Source of the DNA: Nemertoderma westbladi
Taxonomy: Eukaryota > Animalia > Xenacoelomorpha
Assembly (NCBI GenBank): GCA_032718475.1
Contig: JAUCBJ010008070.1
Coordinates: 27,932-91,931 of the forward strand
DNA length: 64,000 nt
Reading direction: 5' to 3'
Shown piece by piece: positions 1 through 12,043 of the stretch (positions are counted from its first letter, which is position 1; the number at the start of each line of letters is the position of its first letter). A model generated the notes under the pieces. That model was not told the DNA's origin, searched no databases, and was given only the letters and a program-made list of their open reading frames with translations. Both the position numbers and the translations under genes were made by a program.

Positions 1-165
1 AAAATATGCCTTTCACAGTACACATACGGAGGAAATAGGTCTTAGATCCTCTAAAAACACCGATACAGCAATAATACGGTCTCTTACACTTATTAAATCA
101 ACTACAGAGTATTTTAATGTAAAAGATAATAAAAATAACGGGGCAATTCAGCAAAGGCTTTTACA
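1..165 (-). repeat. 3' LTR of the BEL element (partial)
   Basis: 165-nt direct repeat of 11246-11410; similarity ends exactly at TTTTACA. Confidence 0.9.
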
Positions 166-2149
166 CCGCTCCCAGAAAATGGGATTTTCAGTCTATAAAA
201 TATAAAAATCACAGTTTCTAAAACATAACGATACTCTAAACAGTTAGTCTTTCTTACGCAGACGGCGTTTACGCAGTTTTTTGAGGCTAGCAAGAGTCTT
301 TTTCTCTTTGGGGGGAGCCACTTTACTAGGAGGGCCATAACTCCTGGGTGAAGGGTGCAATATGATTGCATCAGAAGGTGTAGGATTGTGGTCGAGGTAT
401 CTGCCGTTTCGATATGCTTCTCCTCGAGCTGATTTTCCTCCGCTCGTAGCTGGATACGTTCATCCAAAAACTCTCGCAGAGAATAGGATCGTCCAAGTTC
501 GATAACTTCTTAGAGATTCTGGATTTCCCAATTGAATTGAGATAAGGCCAATTCGTTTATCGATTGGACTCACTGGTATAACTTACGTTTATCTGAACAA
601 ACGCAGGTTTCCTTTTTGATCTTTATAAAATAGCGTTTAACTCGTTTCGTACAACGCTCTCCTTCACCGTGATGAGGGGTTGTATCGCGTTAAACGTGGA
701 CGACCATACGGTTGGATAGTGATATTAGGTGTCCGCGTCACAATCTGGCTAGGTAAGATGGGCGGCTAGCTAGAAATCACTGCCGGAGTGTTACCGATTA
801 ATTGTTAGGGTAGCACTAGATCTTTGAACAGTGAATACAGTCCGCGAGGATCCGCGACACCACCAAGATCGCAGGTCTGAGGTCCAACTAAGGAATGAGG
901 AGGTTTGACCGAGTATTCCGGGACTCTGATCGTAGGTTTACTCCAGGATCGTTCGAGCCGAGTGAGCATAGGTGATACGTCAACAAGTTTCGGTTTACGT
1001 GGATGTTTATGTCTTTCCGTTTATTAGTTGGGTCTAGGGCATTTATCGTAATAATACCAAAGACGCACGTCTGATGGGGTAAACGCGGGCGATATTTATT
1101 TGTTGTTACAATGCTTCTATCAAGAATTCCAAATATACGTTGGAGTCACCGCGTCCATTTGTTTCTTAAGTGTCTTTTCTTTCGAGTCGATTTCGAATAG
1201 AATTTTCGCATTCGAATTTCCGTTTATGGTTCCGACTCCGCTGGGCAGGATATATAGTCGACATAGTCCGTATTGTGTAAATCGATAGGATGACAAGACC
1301 ATCTTCTATCAACTCCGTCATATCTGCTATATATGAGTTTATCCACATTATAATGAGTTTATATTTAGGCGAGCGGGCGTCGCTGCCTACCCCAATCAAC
1401 CCCGGACAGTACGAGATACTCAGCGCCGATGTGTCGTCGCCGCTGTACTTTCGCCAACGACGTAGCCGCACAACGACAACGACAACCGACACAAGTCACT
1501 CGACTGTCCGTCCCAAAGACTTAGATGTACTTCAGGTTTTCCTTGGAGAGTTAGGTTACTTTTACGATTGCGACTAGCTACTGTAAACACACCTTAGCAG
1601 TAACATTCACCTATAAACTCACAAATACCACACACACAACTTGTCACAAATTACACACATTCGGGCCATTTGTCCGTTAGTCAATGCCTTCCAGAATGTC
1701 ACTGTAATATTATGTATCCTTGGATACTATCAGTGCACTATTTATTCCCTATGCTATTCAATGGGACAAGCTTTCTATTGTTCTTTTAACTCAATTCTAA
1801 TTCTAGCGTGGTTGTTGCTATGGTGACATTATGCAAAGCTAGCGGTAGAATTAGGGTGATTCCAATGCATACAGATCTGGGATGTTATTTAATAGTAATT
1901 CTTTAATAGTCAATGTCCTGTTTATACATGACTTTACGAATTTTATCGGCTATTAACTATGTTTGGGAAACTTTCACACACTCATACGCATGATAAGATA
2001 AATCTCCGCTCCCTTGATCTATTAATTAATGGAATTTTGGGAACTTTATAAATTGCGTAAAAATGGCAATTTATTAAATTCATTAAAAGGCATGAATTTA
2101 AATTGATTCCCTGAAATTTTATTATTTGATAATTAAATGGACATATTTG

Positions 2150-2460
2150 GATTCCAGAACATGTCTGGGGACACAAGATCCTTAATTCTATGACAATTGT
2201 CTTTTTAAGAATATCGGTAAATACTACGATATCTTAATTGACTAGAATTATTGAAGGATCTGAATTTTACAGATTTTGATTGATTAGATTTTGCAAATAT
2301 TAATTAATTAATATTTGAGATGGGCACCGATTTATTCCAGAACTTGTCTGGGGACGTTAACCACTGATTCTAGAATTTGTCTTTCAAGTATATCGGTGGG
2401 TGCCGCGATATCTTAATCGACTAGAATTACAGATGGTCAAAGGGTTTAACAGATTTATTT
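2150..2460. repeat. Degenerate ~130-bp direct duplication in the BEL 3' internal region
   Basis: ATTCCAGAAC(A/T)TGTCTGGGGAC...TATCGGT...CGATATCTTAAT(T/C)GACTAGAATTA at ~2150-2280 and ~2335-2460. Confidence 0.7.
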
Positions 2461-2973
2461 TGCGTTATACGCTACTGTTAAAGGGGACATCACGCTACTA
2501 TATGTATTATTTAATATACGGTATGAGAGCAATATCGCACGAAGCAATGTCAGTGTGAAGAGGCAAGTCGTTTCCAAGGTCTACCCAGAGCTTGGTTTAA
2601 CCGAGACACGAGGATCTGAACTTTGCATTCCTAATACTCTGCCTACCAATAATACTTAAATATAGTAGTGGCTTTATTGTACTTTAATAAGTACGGACAT
2701 TTCATCTTACTGTAGTTACGTATTTATAATAGAATACGAGCAGTAAGGAAAGAGAAAAATAATTATTTCTCGCCGTCGCACTAAATATAATATAAGTAAT
2801 CGCGTACGTAATAAACACGAATATATTGCACTATTCTACAAAATAATCGCTAAATAATATTCTACTAAATTAAATAAAACGATTATAATAAAATTACATA
2901 GTAATACATACATAAATATAAAAATAATAAAATAATATAAAATAATAGAGTCACACACCCACTCCATATGTTT

Positions 2974-5900
2974 TTAAGTTATGGAGTCCCTAGATGTTTG
3001 AAGGATTAGGGAGGTGGTCGTGGGATGAGAATCTTGCCTTCCACAGTTTCCGGAGAGTCCTCCATTCCCTTCCGGTAAACACAAACGACCGACTGGGTGA
3101 TTGAGTCGCTGCATCCTGAATACAATTCCAGGTTTCCTCTTCGTCCTGGAATAGTGACGATAGAAACATCGCTCAAAGTATATGACGGCGTCACAAAGCC
3201 GATTCCAGGAGCTATAGTGGTCCGTCGCTCTCTGCAGGAGAGGTGAGAGTCCCTGCGAGACGTCTGATGTTCCAGAGCTCCAATCGCTCTCTCTGATCTT
3301 CATGAAGGATCCACTCGCGGAGGGGAGGCCCAGATCCACGGCGTCGTCCCTGGCAACATGTAATACCGACAGATCTATCCCGGGTTCAAATAACTCCGAT
3401 CCACACGTCCGGGTTTCAGGTTCGACTTTCTCCGCTCCCTTGGCTGGTATAATCTCAGTCGGAGTAAGATGGGGAGGCCATTCATTCTCCTTACTCAGGA
3501 AGTCGGGTTCACCTAATCGGTCTGTAGTATCTGTCAGTTCTTGAGGAGTTGCTCCTCTGGAAGCGATGTCAATTGGATTAAACTTCTTGGGGCAATATCT
3601 CCATTGATCTACATTGGAGCTAAGATTGTCATTATCTGCGGAGTGTGGTGTTCCCTCAGTTGGGTCGTCTCCCTCACTAGTATCATCTTCCCATTCACTC
3701 ACCTGGCAGACGCGATCTTGAAGCAGTCTTTCCCTGAGCGTTCTACGGGAAGGTCCAGTAAGGTACCAACCTACTCTAGTTCTTACCGCATAGGTCTGTA
3801 ATGGCTGCGGTTGAGCAGGTCGTTTCTCTAATGTCTCCAGCGCCTCATGCGCGTTTTGGCCGATGAGTATTTGCACTCCAGGATAATCAGTCTGGAATCG
3901 AGGTATGTTAAGATGTTGTATGCTCTCATCCTCGTCCCAATTATAAAGATCTGCTTGAGTAGTAGCGAAGTTCTTTATAGCCACCATTTTCACTGACCTT
4001 ATGCTGTGTTCTCCTAGTTCGTCTTGTGGGGTGGACAACGCGCCTACATAATAATCAGCTGTTATTGTAGATTTCCAAACTTGCATAATGCCAGACATGT
4101 TGAGCTTAGTTTGGAACTTGGGCTGTCCAGCAAATATATCTTCGGCTAGCTCTTTATCGATGAATGTTCCTGTGCTACCGGAGTCCAGGAGGGCGTTCAC
4201 TATATAGCTCTTCTGAGGTCCGTGGACCCGTAACTGGACTACAGGAAATTCTCGGATTCCTATATTGGAAGTTGGCGCTTTCCAAGATGGTTGTTGATCG
4301 GAAGTAGTTAAGGTAAGGTCGCTGTCTGTGTCTTTCTCATACACGAGTGCTCGATACACTGCGGTGGTGTTTATTAGGTAACAGGATTCGTTTTGGTCGG
4401 AGAACTCGTCCGTATAGAATCCTTCCATCTCAGATTGATCAGTGTCGTTCACATCACTGAATTGGACATGTAGTTCGGACTCACTTACCTGACTCGGGCT
4501 GTTTCGTTCGAATTCCGTGTGCAACAAGATATGATGTTTTGCGCCGCACTTTGCACACCTTGCGTCGGAGTTACAGGTTCGCCGTTGGTGTCCTCGTCTG
4601 AGGCAATTATAACACAACCGCTTATCCCACATGACTTCACGTCTATCCTTTAGTGATTTCCTCAGGAATTTATCACACGCATTTAAACGGTGGGGCCCGT
4701 CGCACAGCACGCATTTCGGCTTGATGTTACTTACTTTAACCTGTGCTATGTGGTGCACACTTGTTCTTTCCTCGGGCTTTCTCACCTGAATTCTTTTAGG
4801 AGACGTAGGAAGGGTTTTTTGTACCGGTTCCCTTCTGTCATTGGGTCGAGACTCGGATTTACTTACCTGATCTTTAGGCATTTTATTGACATAGTAAGAT
4901 CTGTCAGTGTCTTTCCCACTGTCCTCTCCTTGAGAAGTTTGGCTTTCACCGTCGTCGGTATAACATACTGGTGTTACCCTTCTCCTAGAAACGGGTTTCT
5001 CACTTACCTTGTTTTCCAATGTCTTCTCTCTGGACTGCCTTAGGAGCTGTAATTTCACTTCTCCATCTAAGAATGACATGAGATCAGCCATGGTAGGGTC
5101 TCGTCGTTGTTGTTCCATCATATATAACACCTTCTTGTCCCAGCGTGTACCTACTCCACCCTTGGGCAAAGTAGATGCTAAGGCTCTTACAACCATAGAA
5201 TTCTGGTATTCATGAGACTTACCTAACCAATCTAGTTGTCTACAGATCTCCTGAATTTCATCGGAAAACTCGATAATTCCGCTACTAATAAACTTTCGGG
5301 GCGCTACTAACTTTGCATACAAGTACCCAGCGATATTATTCCTATTACCATACCTGATGTTTAGTGTATCCCAAACTTGTCTTAATCCGTCTGGATGTCC
5401 AATAAACTTTAACGCCATTAACTTGGGAGATCCTTCCAAGCACTCGATGAGGTATCTAAGTTTTTCTCCATTAGATAGTACAGAGTTCTGTATGTTATCT
5501 TTATAATATTCATTAAAAGGTAACCATTTCATCTCATCTCCATTGAACTTGACGATCTCTCCAACCTTTACCGCTTGCCTGGCTTCGGTTCTAGCCATTT
5601 GACGCGTAAAACTTTCTTGGGCCATCGTGCTATTTAATATCGAGTTATCGGTATATAAATTTCTCGGATTATGATCAGTTCTATAGGGAATATCATTATC
5701 AACAGGTCTATAATTACCCTTAATAGGGTTCACTATAGGAGTTTCTACTTCGCTAGCAGTGTATATGCGTGTAGGCTCCACACCTTGCGCATGCAATACT
5801 TCAGACCTAACAGGTTGACACATTGTTACAGAGGGTGGTGGTATACCCTTTTGGGTATTTACTAATTTATCGCGTTCAAGCGCGATACTTTGCTGCACTT

Positions 5901-7947
5901 CTTGCAACTCTAGCCTACTTTCCCTTACTGTGCCCTTGAATTGCAGGACAGTCTCCTGCATCTGCCTGAGCAGGATATCCATCCCCCGCCGTCTCTCGTC
6001 TACCCAATCAACCGCCGAAACGGGATCCGCCAACGTCGTAGCGGGCGGACGAGGGACAACGGGCGACAAATTTGGAATATTTCGCTCGGGGTCCAGGACC
6101 TGAACTGTCTCTTGGGCAGTTCTGCGGGGCACAGGTAGCTTAGTGCTATGCAGAGGGAATTTAGAGGTAGTTTCAGGGAGCACATGTGTGTCTATCACCG
6201 AAGGGGTGATTTCAAGAACAGGCCTAATTATTTCAGGCTCATCTACTATAGTAGGGAGTCTTTCTATTTTAATTATTTGGTCTGTGGGCTCTGTACTACC
6301 TACTTTGGTGTTATTTAGTTGCCTTCTAACAGCTGGAGGCAAATCAGGCAATTTCTGCCGGTGGAATGTTCTTTTACGTCTGCTTAGGCGAGATCGATTT
6401 CCTCCGCCTTCGGTGTCGGTGGTATCGCCTTCCTCAGATGATGTATACCCCTGTCTCTTGGGAGTAGATCGACTCATCATCTGCATATTGCTCGCTGTTA
6501 GCTGTTTATTGAAGTTGTCTTGCCTCTCTTGAAGATTTTCCAACTCTAGTTGGGTTGCCTCTTCAGATGCCCTCCGTTCTGCTTCTGCCACTGCCTCTGC
6601 CGCCTTTCTTTCCGCTTCGGCCGCTGCCATTGCCGCCTTTCTTTCTGCTTCTGCCGCTTTTGCCTCTGCCGCTGCCTCTGCCGCTGCCGCTTTTGCCTCT
6701 GCCGCTGCCTCTGCCGCTGCCGCTTTTGTTTCTGCTTCTGCAGCTGCCACTGCTGCTGCTACTGTCGCTGCCTTTCTGTCTTCTATACGTTTTTTCTTTA
6801 CTTGTTCTTCTTTGACTCTTGTCAGGCGGAGTTGTTCATCGAATTTAGCTTGGTTCGCCGCTAACCTATCCACATCAATTGCATCCAACACACGCTGGGC
6901 TCCTTCACTATTAGGGCTAAGCCCATCTAGTCTTCTCCGCAACTCTTCATCACCTACGAAACGCTGATAGTCTGACAGATAGATGTCAATGGCATCCCTC
7001 TTATGCGGTTTCTCTGCCGTCGCTTCACTTTCCACTTGGGAAAAAGTAGCGTCTGTTGATTCTCCATGGGTTGAGCGCTCCTCCAACTGAGCTTTCCACT
7101 GAGCTGCTCCTTGAACCTGGCGACTCACCCGTTGAAACCAAGTCTTTACGGCAACTTGCAACGACGTGTCTTGCCTTCTTTTAGAAGCCTCCTCAAAGGC
7201 GGATAAGATTAGCCTAATCCGCAGAACTCTTTCTCTAACTTGATAAAGCAGCGATCCCTGCTCTTGAGGTCCTTGAGGTTGTTGAAAAAGTTGCTTTTCT
7301 ATTCGCTCCATAGAGCTGAAGAATCCCTGTGCGTATCCGGCTGCGGACCTCTTCCACACAGCTGGATCGATGGTTTCCTTGGCTACTCCCATCCGGTGTA
7401 TGTCTTCCCAGGCAGCTTCTGATAAATCAAACGGGAGTCCGGGTCCGGGGAAGTTCCATTGCGACTCGACAATAGACTTCAGTTCTTCACTAGTGTATCC
7501 CGCGTAGCTATCTCTAGTTGACCGTTGACTTCTCGCCCAATCGATCTGGTGTTCTTCCACCGCGATCAATAACCCAGCGAGCACGGCTGCAGGAAGGATG
7601 AGAAGGGGATCCGTATAAACCGCATCCGTCATCTCTGCTCCGCTCTCGGGTGTCAGCTCTACAGTATCCTCACTACTGGAGCTGCTGGGCCGCTGAGGAA
7701 TAAGTTCTTGACTAGTGGGTTGTTGCTGTTCCGCTGCCTTTTGGTCCCGCTTGACCTGAGCTCGAGTGCCTATGATAGACCTACGATGTTGGACCAGCCT
7801 AGGTTCTGTTATTACTACTGGAGGGATGACCTTCCTCACAGTGGGAGGTGAACTGGATTTACGACCAGACGGTTGTACGTCTCTATCTGAGTCGCAGATA
7901 GTTACATCTAATAAACTGTCTGACAGGTTCTGCTTAGTATCAGACAT
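2974..7947 (-). CDS. BEL/Pao Gag-protease polyprotein, RT/RNase H core and integrase missing
   Basis: Gag core KFNGDEMKWLPF...LSNGEKLRYLIECLEG. Three BEL-type zinc knuckles (CVLCDGPHRLNAC, CYNCLRRGHQRRTC, CAKCGAKHHILLH). Protease ALLDSGS and VRTRVGWYLTG. Then directly QWRYCPKKFNPIDIASRG (RNase H C-terminal motif) and YSSWNRL. No YxDD or integrase motifs seen. Confidence 0.88.
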   Translation of the reverse strand: MSDTKQNLSDSLLDVTICDSDRDVQPSGRKSSSPPTVRKVIPPVVITEPRLVQHRRSIIGTRAQVKRDQKAAEQQQPTSQELIPQRPSSSSSEDTVELTPESGAEMTDAVYTDPLLILPAAVLAGLLIAVEEHQIDWARSQRSTRDSYAGYTSEELKSIVESQWNFPGPGLPFDLSEAAWEDIHRMGVAKETIDPAVWKRSAAGYAQGFFSSMERIEKQLFQQPQGPQEQGSLLYQVRERVLRIRLILSAFEEASKRRQDTSLQVAVKTWFQRVSRQVQGAAQWKAQLEERSTHGESTDATFSQVESEATAEKPHKRDAIDIYLSDYQRFVGDEELRRRLDGLSPNSEGAQRVLDAIDVDRLAANQAKFDEQLRLTRVKEEQVKKKRIEDRKAATVAAAVAAAEAETKAAAAEAAAEAKAAAAEAAAEAKAAEAERKAAMAAAEAERKAAEAVAEAERRASEEATQLELENLQERQDNFNKQLTASNMQMMSRSTPKRQGYTSSEEGDTTDTEGGGNRSRLSRRKRTFHRQKLPDLPPAVRRQLNNTKVGSTEPTDQIIKIERLPTIVDEPEIIRPVLEITPSVIDTHVLPETTSKFPLHSTKLPVPRRTAQETVQVLDPERNIPNLSPVVPRPPATTLADPVSAVDWVDERRRGMDILLRQMQETVLQFKGTVRESRLELQEVQQSIALERDKLVNTQKGIPPPSVTMCQPVRSEVLHAQGVEPTRIYTASEVETPIVNPIKGNYRPVDNDIPYRTDHNPRNLYTDNSILNSTMAQESFTRQMARTEARQAVKVGEIVKFNGDEMKWLPFNEYYKDNIQNSVLSNGEKLRYLIECLEGSPKLMALKFIGHPDGLRQVWDTLNIRYGNRNNIAGYLYAKLVAPRKFISSGIIEFSDEIQEICRQLDWLGKSHEYQNSMVVRALASTLPKGGVGTRWDKKVLYMMEQQRRDPTMADLMSFLDGEVKLQLLRQSREKTLENKVSEKPVSRRRVTPVCYTDDGESQTSQGEDSGKDTDRSYYVNKMPKDQVSKSESRPNDRREPVQKTLPTSPKRIQVRKPEERTSVHHIAQVKVSNIKPKCVLCDGPHRLNACDKFLRKSLKDRREVMWDKRLCYNCLRRGHQRRTCNSDARCAKCGAKHHILLHTEFERNSPSQVSESELHVQFSDVNDTDQSEMEGFYTDEFSDQNESCYLINTTAVYRALVYEKDTDSDLTLTTSDQQPSWKAPTSNIGIREFPVVQLRVHGPQKSYIVNALLDSGSTGTFIDKELAEDIFAGQPKFQTKLNMSGIMQVWKSTITADYYVGALSTPQDELGEHSIRSVKMVAIKNFATTQADLYNWDEDESIQHLNIPRFQTDYPGVQILIGQNAHEALETLEKRPAQPQPLQTYAVRTRVGWYLTGPSRRTLRERLLQDRVCQVSEWEDDTSEGDDPTEGTPHSADNDNLSSNVDQWRYCPKKFNPIDIASRGATPQELTDTTDRLGEPDFLSKENEWPPHLTPTEIIPAKGAEKVEPETRTCGSELFEPGIDLSVLHVARDDAVDLGLPSASGSFMKIRESDWSSGTSDVSQGLSPLLQRATDHYSSWNRLCDAVIYFERCFYRHYSRTKRKPGIVFRMQRLNHPVGRLCLPEGNGGLSGNCGRQDSHPTTTSLILQTSRDSIT

Positions 7948-9279
7948 GACTAGGTATGTACAGTTGAATGCCTACTGCTATATTACAGTCTAAGCAAGTC
8001 TAGTAATTCAGTATGAACTGCTAGCCTAGTAATTAATTACCGTTACTGCTACTCAGTGTAGCGTGATATATATAGAATATATTAGAATACCGGTATACTT
8101 ATAGTATATATAACTATATAAGTATTATTACAGACTAGGTTTATCACAGAATACTGGTATAATTTTAGCACAAATATATATAAATATATAATAGGCCTAT
8201 CGGAAATACCGGTATACAGCTTACAGTTTGTAGGATATATAATTCTGAAATAGAATTAATTACAAGTACTGGTATAATTTCAGCCTAGATTTATAGAAGT
8301 AAAGATAATAGGCCTATCGTAAATACCGGTATATCAATTATTTCAAATAATTGAATTTCTGTTACTTTAGGGTTACTTGGTTACTTTACTTACTTTATTA
8401 CCGTTATTTGAGCAGTAATCCAACTTATATTGAGACCTAATGGTTGTATGGTAGGCCTACAATTTATAAATCGTTAGATTTGATTTATAATATATATATA
8501 CCCGTTTTAATGGGTTTTGTCAATGTTTGAAATAAATGTTATTATTTCTGGGGAGTAATCACTACACAAAGCGGTGCGCTTTCAGTGAAGTGTTACGTAC
8601 AGGACACTAAAACAAATAATACTAATTTACCTAAGTTACTTAATACTACAAATTACGTACAATTTGGGTTGAGATTACAATCTCTAAATAAACACAAAAT
8701 TTTACAAAAACACAAATACGAATTTTTTAGGGTAATTTTACAAGAAGTCTACAAACCAGCCTAACAAAGGGTTAGAAAACTGGTTATTACACGGACAAGG
8801 TACTACGGTATTTGAAATAATAAGTAGTAGTAAATACACTGCGTTGTCTAGATAGGAAAATACCACCGCCTGACGACCTATAGCCGTATCGCTATAGGTT
8901 CTACGTTATGTATCACGGAGTGTTCCTACCTAGAAGTTAATAGAGCTAATCGAATGTGCCTATCAACCACTTTACAACACAAATATAATGTCTACAATAA
9001 TTACTTCGGAAAGTACTGTACACTAAACCCTAAATTAGGTACGAGTACTTGTATAACAAATAATCAGTAGTTAAATATACTTGAACAGCTAAAAGAACCA
9101 CGGCATCTGCTGGAGTGACCGATGCACAAAATCACCAGTCTTTACCTACGCCGAGCAGCCCGTGTAGTACCGGGGTTAATTTAACTATAGCGGTATGTAT
9201 AACAAACACAATTACTGTAGGAACAAACTTGGGGACTTGAATGTTGCGAATAATCGCATAAACTCTGAATAATAAATAT

Positions 9280-9842
9280 TACGCTACGCGTACAAACTAC
9301 TCAAACAAAATACAGACCGAACACTGACAGACTACTATCAAGCCTAAACAAACTACGGTATATGCAGACTCCGAAATGATTAGGGAGTATGCGCTCTAAC
9401 CCAGTAGTGCGACTTATTCTTTAGTTGGGGGTTTACCTTACAGCGTTGCTGCCCCTACTTCCTAACCGTACTTAATCGGACAGATGATCTACACACGCGG
9501 CAATCCGTTCAGACCTAATAACAGCCAGACAACTATCCAGCCTACAAATTATCTAAGTAAAATTATACGCTACCCGTACAGACTTACACAAACAAAGTAC
9601 AGACCAAACGATGGCAGACTACTCTCAAGCCTAAATAAACTATAGGACATGCAGACTCCGAAATGATTAGGGAGTAGGCCTATGCGCTCTAACCCAGTAG
9701 TGCGACTTATTCTTTAGTTGGGGGTTTACCTTACAGCGTTGCTGCCCCTACTTCCTAATCGTACTTAATCGGACAGGTGATCTACACACACTGTAATCCG
9801 TTCAGACTTAACAGCAATCAGACAACAGCTCAGCCTACAAAT
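9280..9842. repeat. ~290-bp tandem duplication in the BEL 5' leader
   Basis: ATGCAGACTCCGAAATGATTAGGGAGTA...TTAGTTGGGGGTTTACCTTACAGCGTTGCTGCCCCTACTTCCTAA present at ~9362-9465 and ~9649-9758, with flanks also homologous. Confidence 0.85.
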
Positions 9843-10212
9843 CGTCTGTACAATCTGATCAGGTTTACACGCCTTCTGTTCAATACTGGCTTACAAATAA
9901 ATAAAACTTGACAGAAATAAGTAAAATCTCAATAGAAAATCAGGGCGGCCGTTCCCTGATTAAGTACTAAGACCTACCGGTATATAATTATCAAAATCGA
10001 ATAATACTGCTGTACCTGTACTGCTGTAGGTACCGGTCCGGGTGGTTAGGTAGTCAGGCCTACTGGTACCGGTTCTGGCAATTGGGCCTACTGACCTACA
10101 GATGTACCGGTTGACCGGTACTTTCAACTTTATTGCTTACTGCAACAAAGAAGCTATATCCTTTAATGTTCGCGCTTTCAGACCTTTGGCAGTTTAACCC
10201 ACCAAATTAAGA

Positions 10213-11410
10213 TGTCTTCTAGATATTAAATCAGTTTTTAGTCTATGACACGTATTTGATTCACTACACTAGTCGAAACCAATCCGTGCGCGACCATTCA
10301 CCCGCTGGATATTCCCGGGAGATTGGGTTCGACGGTTTAATTTTGTTGCTATGTAAGCCTAATGTATTATTCGACTGACAGTATTATATAATCTCTGACA
10401 ATATTATTTACCTTCGGGAATATTAACAGTTCCTTTAGGACGTGGCGCTTTAACTATATAAACAGAGTTATGACTTAAACTACTCACAACGATATGGCTT
10501 AATTATAATTCACATATATGGCGCATTCTTTAGGAATTGCTTCTTTAACAGACTCACTCATACACAATGCTGCACAATACTGCACACTAATCTGCCAATC
10601 TTCACTGATTTTAGTCACATATAAAAGGAACACAGGCTGACTCATGTAGGGTCTATCAAATAACATTGGATTCACTTCAAACCACTTCAACATAAGTCAC
10701 AATCGTTTATCTGTAACCCTTCTCTCCTTACCTTCGGTATATCAAGAACATTGGGTTTCGGGGTTGTTTATCGTTATTCCAAATATAATAATTCATCAAC
10801 CATATTATGAAGAACTGACCGCAAATAGCAGTATAAAACAACAACTGAACACTGATTGTTACGAGTTTGCAATGTTTCAGCAGTCAGGATGTATGATCAG
10901 TTAGCAGTAGTCTTTAGGTATGTTAAATTGCAGTTAAAGGATATATGCCCTTTATAATTAAACCTACTAGTGTACGACTAAAACAGTAAAGCACAAAATA
11001 CTTCCAAGCCGTTCTTTCTTTGGCTCAAGACTGAATGTAAACACTGCACATAGGCATTGCGTCATTTCTCGGAAATTTTCTGTACAAGGAGCCACAAAAA
11101 CGCTCTCATTGGCTGACTGAACTGAGAGACGCCGTAGAACAAAGGAAATCAACACGTATGAATGTCAGCTGTTAACCGTAGTCATAGTAACTACTGTTCA
11201 AGAGTAGCTATCACCCCTTTGCGTCACGAATTGCCATAGAATCATAAAATATGCCTTTCACAGTACACATACGGAGGAAATAGGTCTTAGATCCTCTAAA
11301 AACACCGATACAGCAATAATACGGTCTCTTACACTTATTAAATCAACTACAGAGTATTTTAATGTAAAAGATAATAAAAATAACGGGGCAATTCAGCAAA
11401 GGCTTTTACA
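10213..11410 (-). repeat. 5' LTR of the BEL element (right end certain, left end tentative)
   Basis: Right end fixed by the match to 1-165. Left end is a candidate only: minus-strand ...GACA-TCTTAATT-TGGTGGG. Minus-strand TATAAA near 10951-10956. Confidence 0.5.
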
Positions 11411-11920
11411 TAGGTATTGGTTGGACTGTAGAAACATATAACTGTTGCCTTGGGATTCCCATCAAATGTTGCGATCATAACCCTGGAATTTATAGATTCG
11501 ATGTTGTTTTGTGTCTTAAGTGCAAATGCTTAGCAGAATTCCTACTCCACCAATTGATGCATTGGCCGAGTTTCTTACTGCTGAGCTTGTTACTAACGTC
11601 CATCCATTTCCAATGTCATTGTACTTCATGGCAGTGTCTTCATGACAAATGCGATGTTCTTGGATGCAGATGATGTCGATGTTATATTCCATTGCCAGAG
11701 CGACCATGTCACCCTGTTTGCTATGTGCTTTCAGTGTGCGTGCGTTCATTGTAGCAGTCTTTAGTGTCTTTTTACATTTCAACAGGTTGGTTCTTCTTTC
11801 TTCTCTGTTTTCTGTTCCAGTAGCCAATTTATAGACCAGAGCCTGGTGTACCACTGAGGGACGCGGTCCTTGTTGACACGGGTGACGACCGAGCCGGGAC
11901 TGAGACGACCTTTCCCTTAA
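11411..11920 (-). mobile_element. RTE-type LINE 5' part (AP endonuclease), frameshifted, interrupted by the BEL element
   Basis: TATMNARTL...IDIICIQEHR...GGVGILLS, then in another frame IESINSRVMIATFDGNPKATVICFYSPTN running into the LTR boundary at 11410. Confidence 0.85.
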
Positions 11921-12043
11921 TGTTTTAAATTAAATTTAGTTTTTAACTAAATTTAACTAAACAAATATTTGGTGCATGTGATCATCTTGCGCCCATAACT
12001 CATTTTGACACAAACTTATATATGTTTAGCAATATGTGCTTCA

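Larger units (their letters stand above)
1..11410 (-). mobile_element. BEL/Pao LTR retrotransposon, non-autonomous (Gag-PR only); 3' LTR truncated by the window start
   Basis: 1-165 matches 11246-11410, both ending ...GGCTTTTACA (minus-strand LTR start TGTAAAAG). Purine-rich GGGAGCGG abuts the 3' LTR (PPT-like). The internal ORF carries BEL-type motifs. Confidence 0.9.

Noticed and set aside
3302-7993. Short + strand ORFs antisense to the BEL ORF
   Set aside because: Shadow ORFs, including low-complexity translations of the Ala-rich repeat.
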